A stretch of 64,000 bases of DNA, from the NCBI GenBank assembly GCA_026770705.1, contig JANJGN010000009.1, forward strand, positions 167,710,001 through 167,774,000. Reading direction: 5' to 3'. The number at the start of each line of letters is the position of its first letter. Position 1 is the first letter of the stretch. Position numbers and translations under genes: made by a program. The notes under the pieces are model-generated. The model was not told the DNA's origin, searched no databases, and saw nothing but the letters and a program-made list of their open reading frames with translations. Of this stretch, positions 51,235 through 63,700 are shown one piece after another. The DNA is from Isurus oxyrinchus (lineage: Eukaryota).

Positions 51235-51885
51235 GTGTCGTGATAATGTTACTGAACTAGTAATCCAGAGGTCTGTCTAGGTTAATGTTCCGGGGACATG
51301 GGTTTAAATAGCACCGCGGCAACTAGTGCAAGTTAAATTCAATTAATAAAAAATTTGTAATGTTGACCATGAAACTATCATCAATTGTTATAAAAACCCG
51401 TCAGGTTCAATAATGTCCTTTAGGGAGTTAAATCTGCCATCTTTACCTGGTGTGGCCTACATGTTGTATGATGTGCCTGCATGTCATTGTAATGTAAAGG
51501 TGCTCAGCAAAGCAAAAGTTAAGCTGGGACTGAAGAATAGCACTGCACACAGTGTGATGTATGGAGTCACATGGCGATAGGGAACACACTCAAGAAGCAG
51601 CCTACCTGCATAGCAACAGCACTACATGACAGCAACCTAGGGTCTGTGAACAGTTAAAGATTAACATTAAACAGTTCATGTTTAAAAATATAAATTGCAA
51701 GACTTTCTCATCAATGAGCTACAGTAGCTGACACTATATTACAGCATGTGACTCCAGATTCACAGCAATGTGGTTCACTCTTCCCTCTGAAATGGTGTGG
51801 CGAGCCACTCAGTTTAAGGGCAATTAGGGATGGGCAACAAATGCTGACCTTGCCAGGAACACCTACATCCCATGAAAGAATAAAT
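51235..51885 (+). mobile_element. tRNA-type SINE with LINE-derived tail, interrupted by a 285-bp LTR-like insert (51462-51746)
   Basis: Tail gcaattagggatgggcaacaaatgctg is shared with the LINE at 42665-43450. The insert begins TGTTGTA and ends TACAGCA. Confidence 0.6.
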
Positions 51886-53884
51886 AGATGAACAAACATT
51901 AAGTTCATCTCTGGGCATTTCAGAGGGATTGGGGTTGATGACACAAAGTTAGGCAATGGGTTTCTATGCATGTCACAAAAAGAGAGAAAGGATACTTTTG
52001 TTAACTTGTAATACACTACAGTAAAGTTTCAAATGTGTTACTGCTGAAGCATAGTGATAGCGTTTCACAGCAATTTAAAATGGAAATGAAAGGTTCTAAG
52101 ATTTCCTGATATTTTTTAAAAGAGCTTATTATCTAACCAGCTCCATAGACAGAATGGGAAGGAATATTATTGAGCATTAAATCCAGTTTTGAATAAAGTG
52201 GTAAAATATACACTTTTGAGAGTTTACTTTTTTTTTAATAAGCTATTAACAGTGTTGATCAAATTTCTAACTGCTATTTTAACACTGTTATTAGTGAGAG
52301 CAGTGCAGGCAGGGAGTTTAATGTGAAAACATTAAAGCATGTAGAAGAAAATTAATTAGTGGATAGATATATATTTGTGATGTGTTCAAGATGGCAATTG
52401 TATTCCATCTGCATGTGGTTCAAATCTACCCATCCACCTCCACTATTCCATACAGTCCTAACTACATGTGGCTTGGGGTCAAAAGTGCAGTTGGCTAGCA
52501 TGGTCCCAGCCCCTTGGTACAGCTTGGAGCAAGTACTCTGAGGTGGGTGTGTGACCTTTGAAAGACCACTTGTAGAGTCATAACAATACTAAATCTGAGC
52601 TGTGATTACAGCACTAATTATCAGCATGAACAACGAATACAACCCAGGACACGTTTAAGATAATTAGCAAAAAAAAAACACAGATGGGAGAGAGAAATAT
52701 TTTTGCACATCGAGTTATGTTTTGGAATGCACTACTTGAAAAGGTGGTGCCAACAGATTCAATAACTTTCAAAGGGGAGTTGGATATATACCTGAGAAGA
52801 AAATGTTTTCAGGCATGTGGGGTAAGAGTGGACTAATTGAATAGGTCAGGGGTTGCAACCTTAATAGCAAGAAAATGTATTCTTAAAATTTAGTCAAAAA
52901 CACAATTTCTTAAGAGCCACAATGCTGTTACTTAAAACCCCAATAACCATGAAAAACAAGACAGAGACACATTTCTGGATTTCTCTGCAATACCCCAAAA
53001 AATGATAGTGAGAAAAAAAATGGGTTCAATTGATCAAGGTCAGGAGCTGCACAGGAACTCCTAATGGGCCGATTCGGCTCCGGCACTATAATGCAGAACT
53101 TGGGAAATTCCAATATAAATTTTAAATGTTCCTTTGGAGCAAGTTTGTTAAACCTTTTATTATAGAGAGAGCAACTTCCTGCATCACTTGAACACATCAT
53201 TTGTGTACATGCTTTTCTATAGACGTTGGGATGTGATTCATGCTTACGGTTCTCCATTGTAAATTCTCTATTTTAAATAACTTAACTTGTTAGATGTCAG
53301 TGTGGTGCAGAAGCTAAGAATATTCAGAGCAGAAAAGGAAGGAAAAGCAGAGAGTTTGGGATGGCGGACTATGGAATGGCAATAATCAAGTCTGCCTACC
53401 TACTGTTTCGATGGTTAGTGTGGTTTGGGATGGATTCCTATCAATGTATGACTTAAGAACTGTGTTCTTGCTGTTCTGATGCATCCAATAATTATGTTGC
53501 TTGCCCTTTGCTTCTAAGGAAATAGGAAGGACAGACTTGAAAACTACACATATATAAGGACATTATGGCATGGAAAGAGGTCATTCGGCCCATCAAGTTC
53601 ATGCCAGCTCTATAGAGCAATCCAGTCTGTCCCATTCCCCTGCTCTTTGCCCGTGGTCCTGTAAGTTTATTACCCTTGAGTGTCCATTCAATTTCCTTTT
53701 GAAATCATTCATCATCTTTGCTTCCATCAACCCCGTGAGCAGTTAGTTCCAGGTCATTACCGCTTACTGCGTAAAAAGTTCTTCCTCCTTGCATCTCCTG
53801 CCCAAAACCTCAAATTTGTGTCACCTAGTCCTTGTACCATCAGCTAATGACAACTTTTCTTCGTCTACCTTATCTTAGCCTGCT

Positions 53885-55455
53885 TTTTGAGAATGTAACT
53901 AGTAGAGTAGATAAGGGGAACCTGTAGATGTAATATCCTTGGATTTCCAAAAGGCATTTGATAAAGTCCAGAGGTTAAGGTTAAGATACAAGGTAAGGGC
54001 TCATGGATTTGGGGGTAATACACTAGCATGGATGGAGGATTGGTTAACAGACAGGAAGCAAAGAGTAGGTATAAACATGGCATTTCGAAGAATGGCAGGA
54101 AGAATGGTGGGGTGCTGCAAGGATCAGTGCTGGGGCCTGAGCTGTTTATAATCTATATTAAAGACTTAGATGAAGGGACAGGGAGTAATGTATCTACGTT
54201 TGCTGATGATAAAAGATGGGTAAGAATACAGGCTGTGAGGAGGAGATAAAGAGGCTGCAAAGAGATGGGCAGGTTAGATGAATGGGTAACAATGAAGCAG
54301 ATGGAGTCTAATGTGGGGAAGCATGAGTTTATTCACCCTGGTAGTAAGAATTGTTCTAATGCTAGACCAGACCCCCATGTTTTTGGTACCACCAGGTTAG
54401 GGACCAGTAACATTTTACTTAAAGTAGACAAAGTTTGAGATCCAAGACACCAAGAAGTAAAGCCACAAGATTCCACAGTTTTTGAACAAACAAAATAAAC
54501 TTTATGATACAAGTTATACAAGTTCAGAAAAATAAAACAATTTACAATACCTATCTTATACTCTAACATCCAGGGTAATATGAATACAAGCTAATGTGAA
54601 TTAACAGGCAGACTGAGGTCAAACACAGTACACTGTACAATAAATGGCAAATATGACCAAGACAGATCCCACGGATTTCTCAGCAACCCGCCCATATGTC
54701 AGTAAACACTGTGAGTCAACCGGTCTTACTGAAACTCTGTCTCACTCACAAGGGATTCCAATCTTCACCTTTGAAGATCTAAATGTTGATGTTCAGAGGG
54801 ACTGGGTGTATTTGTATGAGGAACACAAAGTTAGCGTGCAGATTCAGAAGGTAAGTGGCATGTTGGTCTTTATTACAAGGGAATTGGTGTAAAGAAGTCT
54901 TGCTACAGGTGTACAGGGCTTAGGTGCAACCACAACTGGAGTACTGTGTGCAGTTTTGGTCTCCATATTTAAGGAAGCATATACTTAGAGTGGAGGCGGT
55001 ACATGATTGGTCCCTAAGATGAGAAGGTTGTCCTATGATGCGAGGCTGAGTAAATTGGGGAGTTGGAGTTGAGAAGAATGAGAGGTGATCTCATTGAAAC
55101 ATACAAGATTCTGAAAGGACTTGACAGAATCGACACTGAGAGGCTGATTCCCCTGGATGGGGAATCTAGTACGTGGGGGCATGTTCTCATGAAAAGGGGT
55201 CGATCATTTAGGATTGAGATGAGGAGAAATTTCTTCACTGAAATCTGAATCTTCGTAATTCTCTACCCCAGAGGGTTATTGATGGTCCATCGTTGAATAT
55301 ATCTAAAGCTGAGATAGAGATATTTTTGGTCTCTCAGGAAATGAAAGGCTAAATGGAGCCAGTGGGAAAATGGAGCTGAAGCCGAAAATCTGAGTGGCAG
55401 AGCAGGCTCGATGGGTCATAATGTCTACTCCTGCTCCTAATTCTTATGTTCTTAT
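53885..55455 (+). mobile_element. CR1 LINE with RT remnants, interrupted by an unrelated ~430-bp insert (54352-54780)
   Basis: LDFQKAFDKV...GVLQGSVLGPELFIIYIKDLD...FADDK before the insert; RRMRGDLIETYKILKGLDR after it. Embedded in a minus-strand CR1 (53550-53880, 55460-55625). Confidence 0.9.
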
Positions 55456-55629
55456 GTGATAATCTTGTACACTTCTATCAAATCTCCTTTCAGTCTTCTC
55501 TGTTCCAAGCAGAACAATCCCAGCTTCTCCCGCTAGCTAAAATCTCTCAGCCCTGGAACCATTCTGGTAAATTTCCTCTGCACCCTCTCAAGATCCCTCG
55601 CATCCTCCTTAAAGTGTGGTGACTGGGAC

Positions 55630-55990
55630 TGGGGAGGTCTTATGGTGCAGTGGCAGCTTCCCTACCTCAGGGCCAGGGGCTCTAGGTTGAAGTCCCACTT
55701 CAGGACTTGATGGTTCTTCTCCGCCGATGCTGCCAGACCTGCTGAGTTTTTCCAGGTAATTGTTTTTTTTGGATTTCCAGCATCTGCAGTTTTTTTGTTT
55801 TTATTAAGGTGTATTGGTAATGAACCAGGTTGATTGTCAGTCTGTAAACCCTTCCAATACGCTTAATGGCAGGTGGTCAGAGTGGGAGAATTTCCTGGTC
55901 AGCCAGACTGCAGAAGGCAATGGCAAACCAGTGCAGTACTTTGCCAAACATAATCATGGACCAATCCAAAGGAAGTCCATGGTCACCATT
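55630..55990 (+). mobile_element. tRNA-headed SINE with RTE-type tail, interrupted by a Penelope fragment
   Basis: A box tggtgcagtgg and B box ggttgaagtccc; tail gaaggcaatggcaaacc...tactttgcc resembles RTE/BovB-derived SINE tails. Confidence 0.5.
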
Positions 55991-56989
55991 GCCCTCTTTT
56001 GAGTATGGATCAGAACTGGATGCAATACTCTAGTTGTGGATGTACCTGAGCTTTATGAGGGTTCAACATTAAACTATACAGAACATGGAGACGTCACATC
56101 TGTTATTATGCATGTTTGAAAAAAATAATAAAAGATTATAGTTGGGCTGCAATTTAATTTTGGAAAAGATAAAAGTCATTTTGTCTATGTTTAAATTTGA
56201 TTACAGCCCAACCTAATATCCAATACTTTTGACACAAGTACAGTACTATACCTTTCAATAACATTATACTAAACTTGAAGACTAAGAAAAAATACCGATT
56301 GGGTCAAGAATATTTAGACATTGCACAACATTTTTCATAGTAATGGTCTCCAGCTATTAAATAAAAACCTCCACTTATTATAGAAACAATAATTATCCTG
56401 ATAGGAGGTGATAAAATCAATGTTTAGAAGTTTGTAACCTTCACTTCTGAAGGGTTCTGAGGTTGTATTTTTACTAACTGCTGAAGTGCAGTAATGCCAC
56501 TTTCCTAAACAAAAACAGAATTACCTGGAAATGCCACTTTCCTGTCGTTTTTGTTAGATATAAAATGGGCCAGTAGATGTCACCTTTTCTCTTCCAAAGA
56601 AAGCCTATGCCCGCGGCAAAAAAGCTGCTTAATTTCTAAGTTAGAAACTGCGAATGGGGTGCCGGGCGGGGGTGTGGTGAGAGAGAAGGTGGAAATAAAC
56701 GTTTAAAAATGTACTAAATAACTTTTTAATGCAAATACCTCATTGTGTATCATACCTCATTTCATAGTTCTCAACTAATCATTTCCAGATGGCTGAAATT
56801 CCGCAATAATTTTAGCAAATAACTTTCTGTGAAGACTGGTTGCAATAAGGGGTTAAAGAGCCGGACGCGAAATGCAGCGGATAACTTCTATGTAATGTTT
56901 CGTCTACATTAAACTCTACATTCTTCAATTCAGCGAGTGGCTTTTGTTGTTCAGTGAATAAAATTTTAAACGGTAAAGAAATTATATAG

Positions 56990-57297
56990 TTTTTTAAAAG
57001 TAACGTTCTGAGTTTTATTAAATATAATCTTAAACAATAGAGAATTTAATTTTTTAAACGTAAAGTCTTGGGTTTCAATTAAGTATAATCTTAAACAATA
57101 GAGATTTTTTTTTAAAAGTAAAGTCCTGGGTGTCATTGAATATTATCTTAATAGAGAATTTTTTAAAAAAAATCGTAAATCCTGGGGATTTCATTAAACA
57201 TAACCTTGAACAGTAGATAAATTATCTTTTAAAAAAAGTAAAGCCCTGGGTTTTCATTAAATATAACCTTAAACAGTAAATAATTATTTTTAAAAAT
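56990..57297. repeat. AT-rich minisatellite, 5 copies of ~58-62 bp
   Basis: Unit approximately gtaaagtcctgggttttcattaaatataatcttaaacaatagagaatt(t)ntaaaa, repeated at ~57000, 57060, 57118, 57175 and 57238. Confidence 0.9.
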
Positions 57298-57399
57298 GCC
57301 AATTGCTATGTGTTGTATATATTAGAGTCCACAGTGTGTTGAATTATTAGATACTTTGCAATTCTGCAACACATTGGCAACTTTGCTACATTGTCGATG

Positions 57400-57750
57400 A
57401 CGTACACTGGGACCTCCTCTAACTGCGCAGGCGTGGCTGCCGCAGCCCAGCTGTTGCCAGGCAGATTTGTGTCCTGAGGTGACCTCGCAGGCGCGCGTAC
57501 GCCGGCGCCTCCTGACCATAAATGGGGGTCGCGGCGACGTGTTGTGTGGAGGCGGGGGGGAGGGGCGGCCTCATCTTGGCGGGCGGGCTAAGGCGGGGTT
57601 TGGGGGGGGGTGGTGGAGGGAGGGAGGGGAGGGGCGTCAACTCGCGCAGGCGCGGCGCGGCGCTTCTGGTTGCAATTTGCCACATGTGGACCAGGCGGTC
57701 TGGGTCCAGCGCCATTTGCTTCCGCTGCTGACAGGGGTGCGAATTGAAGG
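57400..57750. promoter_or_regulatory. Orphan CpG island / promoter-like region
   Basis: High CpG density, three NRF1-like (G)CGCAGGCG motifs (~57425, ~57486, ~57644), several GGGCGG boxes and a YY1-like CGCCATTTG at ~57708. Confidence 0.7.
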
Positions 57751-60700
57751 GAGGAGAAATAGAACAGCATTTAAAGTCTGCTGTGGCTATCACCCAGCAA
57801 GAATTAGGTCGCTCGATCCCACCTTAAACATTCACCCTCCACCAAGGGGGCACAGTGGCAGCAATGCGTACCATAGCTACCATGTGTACCATATCTAACA
57901 TGCACTACAGCTCCTCACCAAAGCTCCTTTGGAACCTGTAGCTACCACCTAGGTGAACGAGGGCAGCAGACGTATGGCAATGCCTGCAAGTTACACGCCA
58001 CCTGGATGTATAAGAGTATCACAATGCCTTTCACTGTCACTGGGTCAGAATCCTGCAACTCCCTCGCTTGGGTGGGTGTATCTACGTTACACAGACTGCA
58101 GCAGTTCAGGAGGAGGGGCTCACCACCACTTTCTCAATTAGGGATGCACAATAAGTGTTGGCCTTGCCAGAGAGGCTCACATCCCACGAATGAATAAAAA
58201 AAAAACAGGTGCAAAATGCAAGAAAATCTGCTGAAGGCAAAGAAATCTTACTGACTTTATCCAGGTCAAGGAGGGCATAAGAAATAGGAGCTCAAGAAGA
58301 CCCTTGGGCTCCTCAACTTACTCCACCATTCAACAAAATCATGGCTAATCTTCGATCTCAACTCTACCTTCTTGCATTATCCCCTAATTTCCTTTGTAGC
58401 CAAAAGTCTATCAATCTCGGTCCTTAGATGCGATTGCTAACATCAACCTAGGTCGTAGATAGTGCCCCAATTTAATGTTTTATTGGAAATACGGCACCTC
58501 TGACAATGCATCACTCCCCGACTGCTGCATTGAAATGTTAGGCTGGATTATATACTAAAGTCGCTAGTTGGACTCAAAATCACAACCCAAAGGTGAGCTT
58601 AGAAGGTTAATTGAGTGACTGGATATTTTTCTTTGAATGCATCCCTTTCTTTTGTTTAATATATATGGTTAAAAATGTACGATCACAGTAAAGATTATAA
58701 GAGAGGATGTAAGACAAGTTTTAAATGCTGACTGTCTTGGATTTATTCTGCACTTTAAATAAATGTAACTGTGATTCAGGGCTCACCATCTGCTGCAGGC
58801 ACCACCTCAAGAACCATGGGATAGCATGAAAGCAGATTTGAAGGGCCAAATGATGATCTCCTGCATGTATTTCTTCTGCCACAATTCCATGGCCATCCCC
58901 ATTGAGCTCTCGTGACGGAAGTCTAAAAGCCAGTTGCAGTTTCTCTCTTGGATGCTCCAACTGGGCTATGGAGAACTTAAGCTCCAATATGCATGAGCCT
59001 TCCATGGCCAGAATTAATATATGGGTGGGATTGGATTGAGAGGAGCTTGATAAGTGCTTCACATAACTCACTGCTGGCAAGTTTTCTGTTCCCATACAGA
59101 TCCTTGCACATACTGAGAATGTACCCATTATCTGGGTCATGGCTAGGTATAGGAACAGATGAGGCTGCTGCCTCATGGGGAAATGCTACTTTCAGCAGCC
59201 TCAATTAACAAAAGCAACACAAGGTAACAGACACCCCTGGCAGCATCAAATGTGTGCCAGAAGTCATAGGGGCATATAATGAAACTGTAGAAGAGGTAGA
59301 GACATCTGCAGACAACTAATAGATAGGGACTATACCTTCTTCTGCCCAAGAAGCTACAACTCTGGAATGGCATTGATCTTACAAGAGAGGGAGGCACAGA
59401 GGTTATATAGTGCAAATACTTTCACGTTGAAATAATTGTACTTAATTTTCATTTTGTCCTAAGTGTTCATTTCTGATGGCACAGAATAGCAGATGAACGA
59501 ATAGACATGCACACATGTATGGTATTTGGTGGGAGTTGAGCTTTATACTTAAGCAATAAAGACAGTAAAAGGCCGGCTAAAAGCATGGTCATCAATTTCT
59601 TCAGCCTCTTCATCTTACTCTTGAAATGTTGTGGGTGTATCTCCTTGCCTTTTTACTGCAATAGTAACTGCCCTCTGTAAAGATGTATGATTTACAACAC
59701 CCTGCTACTTTAGATATCTTTTCTGGATTAGATTCAATTTCCTCATTAAACCTCATTCACCTAACTGTTCTGTTTTTAGACAGCCCTTAAAGCTTACCTC
59801 TTACAGTATGCTTTTCTCTCCTTTGACTCAGTGTCCAACTTTGCATGATAATGGCTTTGCGAAGCCCATTAATGTGGCCCTATGTAATAGCAACTTGTAT
59901 ACTGCAAGACACTCTTGATCTGTCCAAGCATTGGGACCTCGGTTATACCATGTCACAGGCTCCTTCAATTTTGCTGTCTTGGCAAATAATGACAGCACAG
60001 TAGTGCTTGGACGGTCAAACTTTTTGCAGGAGAGATTTCTTTACTGATTTGATGCTCAAGGCCTATCTTAAGCTTTAGTTGGTTGAATGATGGTTATAGC
60101 TCCTTCGTAAAATGTAAATTGTTTTGAAGATAAATGCAATGTTCTGTAGTTGCTGTCCCACGTTGGTAGTAAGAGGACTTTTGAGGTATAACGAAGTTCC
60201 TGAGTGACAAAATTAGTTCCAACCTAAATATTACTACTTTATTGGAGAAACTAAAAGGACTAATAGCTCAACAGCACCCACTGATCCAGAGAGTCTGCTA
60301 AAACAAAATGCAGCCCACTTCTTTTATCCATACGTAGGTTGTATGGTGGTGCAGCATCAATGAATCACCCAGCTTAGAAAGAAATATCAACTATTGAAAT
60401 CCCTTCAAGTTACAGATCTTGGTTCCAGTGTCATAGGGAGGCAACCTCCCCAACTCTTAAGAGGAAAGTTGTTGGGATATTGGCATGTGTATTCCAGTAA
60501 GCAGCTGAAGAACAGCACTGTTGTGATCTGGAAAGTTGCTCTCCAAGTTGCAAGGTAAAAAAGTAGAAAGGTCTTTGATCCTCAAACAAAATAGTTTGCT
60601 GTATTACAGCTTGTCTTTTCAGGGCAATCCACCGTTAGCTTCACAGTTATAATAATCTGTCACCATTATTTTTATAGGCATGTATCATATAAAGGTAGGT

Positions 60701-63700
60701 TGTTTTTCAATATGATGTAAGATCAGTATTAGGATAGTGACATTTGATAAAGAATTAAGGGATAACTTTCACAACAGCATAACACTCCTGCATATATACA
60801 TATATATTATAGTTCAGTTTACAATGCATCTTGCTATGTTTCTCATAGGGTTATAGACTCCACAAGTTATCATCCAGAGATAAAACTTTAGTTTTCATTC
60901 TGATAAAAATGGATTTGCAATGTTCTTCACTATTGGTCTCCTTCAATCCCATAATTACTGAGTGCATGGGTCTCTTAATATAAATATTTATTTTCTTGCG
61001 CTTAGCTGTTTGCTTCAGATTCACTATCTGGGTTTTACTGATGCTCACTTTCTTTTGTTCAATATATATGGTTAAAAAAATGTACTATCACAGACTCAAT
61101 ATGTAAAACCAAGATACCAGAAAATACAGAGCAGACCTTTTTGCACACCTTAGTTTAGTGTTTTATTGAAACAACCAGTGCCTTAAATTTTTGGGAGGCA
61201 TTTTATTCACTGAAACCTTAATGTAGTCTATCTTAAGCCACATTGCTGAAGAATAGGCACAGGTCCCTTAGTGCAATTCATGCTGAGCCTGATGTGCTAC
61301 GGATGTATGTATCCAGAGATGCGTGGGAGGTGTAGGCAGCTGAGAGACACCTTGACTGCAACCCATGTCTATAGACGTGTGAAGTAAAAAAATGATCACT
61401 CAATTTCTAAAGAGTCCACTACCTCAAAAAAGAAACATCATACCAGCATACATTTAGTTTGGAAAAACTGCATTTATTGTTCAGTGATTGCCTCTGCCTG
61501 TGTCTCACAAAGTTTGTACAATGGACAGTGGGGAATCATGCAGTTGCCTGGGGATGCCACCACATATTCAATTCTCAAGGTATTTCACTTGAGCTTTGGT
61601 TAAATCTTCAGGTTTAACAATGTTTTTGAAAGCCAAATAAATTCCATCCTTTCAAAGTATACTCATTACTTTTGGCGACAGTAGAATTTTAAAATTTAAC
61701 ACGAGTGATGATATTGCATGAGCATTAAACCCATTTAAAATAAAAATTCAATATCTCCATTAAAATAGTAGAGAGTAATTTTATGAGTGCATTAAGCATT
61801 TTGGTAAAATCACTCAGTAGTTTCCAGGCTTATTTAGTTGTTAAGTGGGAAAGCTTAGTTAGATTCTATTTTTAGCAAGGATTTGACATTAAGTGCACAC
61901 TTGTGTGTGTATAAATACATATTTGCACACAAAACACACAATATGCACACGTGCCCATAATAGCAATGAAACTGGAAGAACCATGGCAGACAGAAAGCGT
62001 TGTGAAATTGATGGCTCAATACTCCTTACCTGTAATGCAGGCAAACAGTTGAGCAGTTTTAAAAAAAGGTTATCGATGTTATCAAATTGGGGCACTGTAA
62101 CACCAGCCTAGCAAGAGGCCTCAGAAGACATCAATTAAAATTTTATTTTTCTTTCTCAGAGAGTTCATCCTGATTTGCATACCCAGTCAGCAACCAGACT
62201 TTTTTTTTTACACAAATCTATTGCTAAGGTAAACGGTGAAGAGCACAAAGTTACACCTTGCTTGCTGAAGATGTGGTATTTATGACACACCAAATGCATT
62301 TAACAACGAACAAAAAATACATTTTTTCTTTAAGTATAGGTGACAAAATATGGATAAGGACTGAGGAATTAATCATGACATGGGCACACTCCAATGCCAA
62401 AAGAACCAAACATAAAACAAGCAGACTGAATAAAAATTTAACAAGAATTGAGAGGTTCATTACACATCATTGTTATAAATCCAAGTGTAAGAAATGGCAA
62501 TTGTAGGGCTCTAATCCAATGTGTTCTCTTTAAGTCTGCTGCATTTGATAGCATTTCTCATGTGTGCTATACCTCCTGAAATGTTTCCATTGCTTTGAGT
62601 CAGCAGCAAGCAGGACGGAGCATTTCAAAACATTTGGCACTTCAATGACCTTCAACAAATTATTTGTTTAAACTCCTCACCCTGCTTAATACCCAGGTTA
62701 GATGAAACTGTCACTTTAGATTGGTTGGCAGCAAACATTTGAGTAATGAACAATTGTAGAGAGCCCCAAGTTGCTGGAAAAATACACATAATAAACAAAA
62801 TGTATGAAGTATAAAACACCACAAGAATGGAGCATTCACAAAGAAATGTCACTGGAATTAGAGATAACAGGTGAAGATATAAAAAATACTTTCATGGCAA
62901 CTAAGACAGAGACTTAAAACCTACATAAATCAAATTTCATGACATACGCTTAAGAAGCATCCAAATGCAACTGCACAAAAGGTTTCTAACTGCTAATGAC
63001 TAGTGGAAATAGGTCATTTTACTGAGCAATTCTGTGTTAAGACCAAATCTTATGTTTGAAATTATGCCACAGCAACACAGAACTTGGTCAACTAGTTTGC
63101 GACTTAGATTCAGCCACTTTTAATGGCATCCCAAATATTTATTTTCACTGTTTAACACTTACGTATAATTTGAGCTGTGCGGAACTTTTTCTATTAAGCA
63201 ACCTAAATATGGTACATATAGAGTCCCTCATTAGAATGGAGAATGGTCCTTAACTGAAGATCTTTCTGGCAGTTGTTTTAATACAATTCTACAGGCAATG
63301 GTCAACTTCTGTCAAATGTCCACACTTCACGTAAAAGCCCAGAAAGCTAGCGGGGTTGATTTTTGTTTTAAAGTTGCCGCCCTCCTGTTTCTTGCTTGGA
63401 AAATCAGCAAACCAGCAAAGGGAAATTAGAGGGAGAATGAGAGAGAAAATTAAGACTCTGGCTGCTGTGGATGGCCAAAGCAATTTTCAGGAGGACCTGT
63501 AAATGAGAGCACAGCATTTCTGCTGGTTTCAATGTAGAAAGCTATTTCTGAGTAAGTGAATGGAGGTCCTGGACCTATGCCATTGTGTGGCATGGACTGC
63601 AACTTTCATGTACAAAAACGTCTTTTTGAGGGGCCATGAGGCACAATAATACAATGCCTTGCACTTGGAATGACTCCTCGTACCCCAAGCCCATTACTTG

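Noticed and set aside
45259-56855. TTAACCCCTTATT at ~45259 and AATAAGGGGTTAA at ~56843 as piggyBac-like TIRs enclosing BYSL exons 5-7
   Set aside because: Only 13 bp match over 11.6 kb, and BYSL exon structure is ancestral, so exon capture is implausible; probably chance or independent fragments.
56990-57297. Regularly spaced repeats resembling a CRISPR array
   Set aside because: Eukaryotic context, whole units are homologous with no unique spacers, and no cas genes; it is a minisatellite.
58721-59176. 151-aa minus-strand ORF as a possible CCND3 or other exon
   Set aside because: No cyclin-box or other recognisable similarity in any frame.
59160-59203. 11-bp hairpin TGAGGCTGCTG...CAGCAGCCTCA preceded by A (SECIS-like ATGA)
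   Set aside because: TGA pairs canonically with TCA instead of forming the GA/GA kink, the AA spacing is wrong, no selenoprotein is nearby, and it is too short for a pre-miRNA.
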